From: Thermodesulfovibrionales bacterium
Lineage (GTDB): Bacteria; Nitrospirota; Thermodesulfovibrionia; Thermodesulfovibrionales; UBA6898
DNA length: 21,617 bases
Direction: 5' to 3'
NCBI GenBank assembly: GCA_044450345.1
Contig: JBIOIY010000051.1
Span: 1-21,617 of the forward strand
Positions 17,620 to 21,617 of this stretch are shown here, piece by piece. How positions within the stretch are numbered: the first letter of the stretch is position 1; each line of letters opens with the position of its first letter. The position numbers were made by a program, and so were the translations under genes. The notes below the pieces were generated by a model. It saw only the letters and a list, made by a program, of their open reading frames with translations. It did no database searches and was not told the origin of the DNA.

Positions 17620-20303
17620 ACTATATCACCTCCGCTCCGCTCAATCGAGGCCTTTTGTGCCTGTCTGATGTCCTCGGGAACTCTGATAGTAAAAGTACTG
17701 CCTTGCCCCTCGAGGCTTGTCACTGAAACATCCCCGCGCAACACATCGATAGCGAGCTTTTTTGTTAAGTAAAGTCCGAGACCTGTGCCGCCAGTTTTCA
17801 CTCTCAAATGAGTCTCCAGTCTTTCAAAGGGCTCAAACATCCTATGCATGTCTTTTTGCGCGATGCCGATGCCGGTATCGCTTACGGATAAAAACACCTG
17901 TCCATCGGCTTTCCAGGACGCGATGGTGACCCCCCCGGACTCCGTAAATTTTACCGCATTGCCCAGGAAGTTGATTAGGCACTGTAACAGTCGCTTCCTG
18001 TCCGTAGTCAAGTTTGTCTCGGGCGGCACATCGACTTCAATAGTCAATCCCTTGTCTTTTAGCTGAGGTTCTATGGTGGCTATTGCATCGTTGACCATTT
18101 CTCTCAGGACAAATCCTTCCGGATACGCCTCGATTCTGCCTGCCTCAATCTTTGAAATATCAATAACGTCGGTAATAAGGCTTAGAAGGTGCTTGGCCGA
18201 CAAGTAGGCCCTGGTCAGATTGTCTTTCTGCTCATCATTCAGCTCTCCGGACATACCCTGGAGAGTCATACCGGTAAACCCGATGATGGAATTTAGAGGT
18301 GTGCGCAGCTCATGCGACATAGAAGCGATAAACATGGATTTCAGTAAATCAAGCTCCTTGAGCTTTTTATTCGCCTCCGACAGCTCTGCCGTGCGCACCT
18401 CGACTAGCTCTTCCAGATGGGCGCGATACTGCGTCAGTTCCTCCTCGGCACGCTTGCGCTCGGTGATGTCGCGCGCCGCAGCAAAAAACAAGGGCCCCTC
18501 TGTGGCCGTGAAGAGCGCAACGTGAACCTCTACCGGAAACGTCGAACCGTCCCGCCGGCGATGCACGCCCTCTACTATGACGCTTTGGCCCGAGAGAACT
18601 CGATCCCGGATAGGGGCAAGATCGGCGGGATGCAACCCCACCTCAACATCGGGCACCGACAGTTGCAGCAATTCCTCGCGAGTATATCCAAGACTGCTAC
18701 AAACGCCCTCGTTGACGCCTACAATCCGGCCCTGTTGATCGTACACAAAGAGCGCATCCACCGCGCCTTCGAACAGATGCCGGAATCGTTTCTCACTCTC
18801 CCGTAGCGCCTTCTCCGCCTGCTTGCGTTCAGTGACATCTGACAAGAAGGCCATAAGGGCTGGGCCGTCTGGAAGCTCTACCGTCTCCACAACCACGTGC
18901 ACAGGGAAATGGGAACCGTCTTTGCGCTGCCCTGTTCCTTCATATGTCGATGGAACTATCTCACCGCGCGCACGTTTCTGCGAACGTTCTAGGATATCAT
19001 TTCGTGATTCCGGCGCCCACTCGTCAAAGACAGGCTGCCCCACACGTTCATCGGCGACCTCAAAACCGTATAACGCAAGATATTTATGGTTGACATAGAT
19101 AGTTCTTCCCCCGCGGCTGATGCTGATGGCAACTGGGGCCTTTTCTATGAGCCCCCTGAACCTCTCTTCGCTTTCTTGGAGTGCGCTTTCACTTGTCTTA
19201 CGGTCCGTTATGTCCCGGACTACAACGAGCAGCCGGTCGATGCCTCCTATGTTTGCGCGTCGCATATTGATCTCTACCCAGAAGAGTCTTCCTGACTTAT
19301 CTTTACACCGCCATTCAACAAGTTGTGGGTTTCCCTTCGCCGCCTTCCCAATCCATTCGAGTGCTTCCTGCTGGGTATAAGGCGCCTCTCCTGAGCTAAG
19401 TGTCCCGACATCAATGCTCCGGACCTCCTCTCGTGTGTAACCGTACATCTCACACATTTTTTGATTAACGTCCAGAATCGAACCCGTATCAAGGTCGTGG
19501 ATAAGAATTGCATCGTTCACCGAATTAAATATGGTCAGGAACCGTTCTTCACTCTCCGTGCGCCGTTTGACCTCTTCTTGAAGTTCCTTGTAGCGAGTGC
19601 CGAGTTGGATGAACATTTTTTCGATTGAAGACCTCAAGCTCTCAAGTTCTCCCTGGAACTGGAATGCCTGGATGTTTGTACTCCCCGCATTTCCGGAGCT
19701 TACCTCAATAGCATATGCTTCTATACCTTGAAGGGGCTTTAGCACTATGCGCCATAGTAGCAGAAAGAGACTCAACGCCAGAATTAGCTCGAAAGAAACC
19801 AATACAGAAAACATGAAGACGTTATTCTGATGCAGAAACCCTTCTATGAATTTTGAACTAGCGACCACACGTACTTTGCCGATCAACTCATTGGCAAAGC
19901 GTATGTCCCGTTCTTCAACGAGAAGTCCTTTTGTCGGGAATTCCTGTCCGGCATTGATGATATCCCACTGTGTGTCCCTCATCCTCCCATACATTCTGGC
20001 CTGCTTGCCGGTCGTATTTACCACAATACCGAAGATGTTTTCATTCTTCATTCCGCCTTCAAGGATTTTCCCTATCTCGCTGTTGTCGAAGTTCCATATT
20101 GGGAGGACGAGACTCTCCGATAACTGATCGGCAAGAATGACGTGCTCCTTATGTAATTGCCCCCACCATCTGTCGTGGATTATCCTGTTCAGCAGGACCC
20201 ACAACCCACAGATCAATATCGCCGTGACGGCCATGATGCTTATGATCACAGTTACGGCAACGGACGTTTTGCGAAGCTTAATAGAGTTTGACGGTCCCAT
20301 CAT
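17616..20303 (-). CDS. Membrane sensor histidine kinase (2 TM, HAMP, 3 PAS/PAC, HisKA, HATPase)
   Basis: Two hydrophobic segments; three ESExRF...D(I/V)TxRK PAS units; SHELRTPLN, NAVKFT, DTGIG and GTGLGL boxes. Start placed at ATG 20303/20300 after AGGTGAGG, just past the upstream stop. Confidence 0.95.
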   Translation of the reverse strand: MMGPSNSIKLRKTSVAVTVIISIMAVTAILICGLWVLLNRIIHDRWWGQLHKEHVILADQLSESLVLPIWNFDNSEIGKILEGGMKNENIFGIVVNTTGKQARMYGRMRDTQWDIINAGQEFPTKGLLVEERDIRFANELIGKVRVVASSKFIEGFLHQNNVFMFSVLVSFELILALSLFLLLWRIVLKPLQGIEAYAIEVSSGNAGSTNIQAFQFQGELESLRSSIEKMFIQLGTRYKELQEEVKRRTESEERFLTIFNSVNDAILIHDLDTGSILDVNQKMCEMYGYTREEVRSIDVGTLSSGEAPYTQQEALEWIGKAAKGNPQLVEWRCKDKSGRLFWVEINMRRANIGGIDRLLVVVRDITDRKTSESALQESEERFRGLIEKAPVAISISRGGRTIYVNHKYLALYGFEVADERVGQPVFDEWAPESRNDILERSQKRARGEIVPSTYEGTGQRKDGSHFPVHVVVETVELPDGPALMAFLSDVTERKQAEKALRESEKRFRHLFEGAVDALFVYDQQGRIVGVNEGVCSSLGYTREELLQLSVPDVEVGLHPADLAPIRDRVLSGQSVIVEGVHRRRDGSTFPVEVHVALFTATEGPLFFAAARDITERKRAEEELTQYRAHLEELVEVRTAELSEANKKLKELDLLKSMFIASMSHELRTPLNSIIGFTGMTLQGMSGELNDEQKDNLTRAYLSAKHLLSLITDVIDISKIEAGRIEAYPEGFVLREMVNDAIATIEPQLKDKGLTIEVDVPPETNLTTDRKRLLQCLINFLGNAVKFTESGGVTIASWKADGQVFLSVSDTGIGIAQKDMHRMFEPFERLETHLRVKTGGTGLGLYLTKKLAIDVLRGDVSVTSLEGQGSTFTIRVPEDIRQAQKASIERSGGDIV

Positions 20304-20307
20304 ATCC

Positions 20308-21207
20308 TCACCTGTATGTCTGCGGATCGAACCACAGTCTTTTGTCATTAAATGGGGTCTCGGGGCCGAGGAAAGGATTATCTATCCTGAATATCTTCCG
20401 GTCTTTAAGTTTCAGTCTCTCAATTTTGTACCTCTGATACTTATCGAAAATCCTGTCGTAGGTGCCGTCTTTGATCATCATCCACATCCCTTCTTCTGCT
20501 CGTGCTGCCAGACGTCTTCCTTCTTCTGTTTTGGAAAACCAGAAATACATCGGCAGGGGATAGTAAAATATAACATTGTCCTCAATATGCAGATCAGGCA
20601 TCTTTTCTTTGCGGTGTTCGTATTCATCGATGATCTCGACCGCCGCCCTGAGAAATATATCGAACCGCTTATTGACGAGCATTTCAAAGAGCCCGTCATA
20701 ATTTGAACCGGTTACCACTTTAAAATTATTGGCCCTAAGTATATCTACGTCTATCCAGCCTAACCCGAGGCCATAGGTGAACTTCCTTAGATCTTCAAGG
20801 GTCTTTACTGAACTGAATTTGTACTGGTCCTCTTTCCTGATAAGAAATATGCAATACCCGCCAAGATTTTTGTCGACAGGAATGCGTATCGGAACGAGAT
20901 TCTGCTCAAAATCGGGAATTGTGCTCAGATACAAAACAGTCAGCTTGCCAGTAGCCTTTTCTAGCTCGAATGTCTGCCGTTTTTCAGTCATAGGCTCAGA
21001 AGGCACCATTCGGTATGGACCATATTTCTTTTTCGTCTTCTCCAGAGCTGTTTTCAATATCTCCCAATGATAAAGATATCTTACATCGAGAGAAGATTCA
21101 GGTGCATTATAAACGTACGTCATCGACTTCTCGGCGAAAGCGGGGACCTGGCTCAAAAAAAAGAAAGCAGCGAGAGCAACTATCCGCCGCTTACATAATT
21201 TAATCAT
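20308..21207 (-). CDS. Periplasmic solute-binding protein (type 2 fold), probable ligand-binding partner of the kinase
   Basis: Signal peptide MIKLCKRRIVALAAFFFLSQVPAFA|; TLEDLRK, GLGWIDVDIL, LFEMLVNKRFD, MYFWFS and MIKDGTYDRIF resemble SBP family 3-like proteins. AAGGGG SD favours the start at 21207 over 21240. Confidence 0.85.
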   Translation of the reverse strand: MIKLCKRRIVALAAFFFLSQVPAFAEKSMTYVYNAPESSLDVRYLYHWEILKTALEKTKKKYGPYRMVPSEPMTEKRQTFELEKATGKLTVLYLSTIPDFEQNLVPIRIPVDKNLGGYCIFLIRKEDQYKFSSVKTLEDLRKFTYGLGLGWIDVDILRANNFKVVTGSNYDGLFEMLVNKRFDIFLRAAVEIIDEYEHRKEKMPDLHIEDNVIFYYPLPMYFWFSKTEEGRRLAARAEEGMWMMIKDGTYDRIFDKYQRYKIERLKLKDRKIFRIDNPFLGPETPFNDKRLWFDPQTYR

Positions 21208-21263
21208 GAGCCCCTTTTGTTCATCTTTAGAAGAATTCATAAAAAAAACCGCTACGCAAAAAC

Positions 21264-21272
21264 ATTATATCA
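21264..21272 (-). promoter_or_regulatory. Putative extended -10 promoter (TGATATAAT) at the centre of an inverted repeat
   Basis: Perfect TGnTATAAT on the minus strand; flanked by ACCGCTAC...GTAGCGGT and AAAAACA...TGTTTTT arms (21248-21293). Confidence 0.5.
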
Positions 21273-21617
21273 TTGTTTTTCTCCAGTAGCGGTATAGGCA
21301 TCTTTTCTTCTAATCTAAAACTTCATCGCAAAAAAAGAATTTCGGCCTGAACTCCGCATTATTGTTGCACTTGATCAGGCGTTTAGTATAGTACTTCTCA
21401 TCCGCTGACCCCCTCTATTTTGCGGAGTTTGACCGGAAGGAAATTGTTTCAGCAAATCGAAATTCGTGCGGAGTACAGGAAGGAAGCCTGATTTGACATC
21501 ACGCTCTCTGAAGTGCAGATAACTCACGGTAATAGAGAGTCCATGAGATGCAAGGATGCCTGGTTAAGAATAACGGTTACAACGATCGTCAACACAAATA
21601 CTGTCTAGTACATCTTA

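Noticed and set aside
21320..21360. GCAAA...TTCGGCCTGAA resembling part of a c-di-GMP-I riboswitch
   Set aside because: On the strand opposite the downstream genes, and lacks the GCAAAC..GAAA..GACGCAAAG P2 elements.

Overview
Bacterial window; the gene content looks like Nitrospirota/Desulfobacterota, which is inference only. Nearly all genes are on the minus strand. From right to left there are four parts. (1) A signalling operon: periplasmic binding protein, TM-HAMP-3xPAS histidine kinase, single-domain receiver whose start codon reads ATA, REC-GAF-PAS kinase, and an NtrC-family sigma54 activator. (2) A sigma54-type promoter heading a chemosensory cluster: small ORF, cheW, mcp, cheR, cheA, cheB, cheY, cheX, then a REC-HD-GYP c-di-GMP phosphodiesterase, a cupin and a Cys-rich receiver. 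(3) A plus-strand IS110-family element (~1909-3301) whose ends can be read from the sequence. It has a duplicated CAC core, a sigma70 promoter that forms on circularisation, and a ~150-nt two-loop non-coding RNA whose second loop matches both arms of the element's own circle junction, i.e. a candidate bridge RNA. (4) A secreted CBM-like plus seven-bladed Vgb-like beta-propeller gene (1624 to beyond position 1), absent from the ORF track because it runs off the window.
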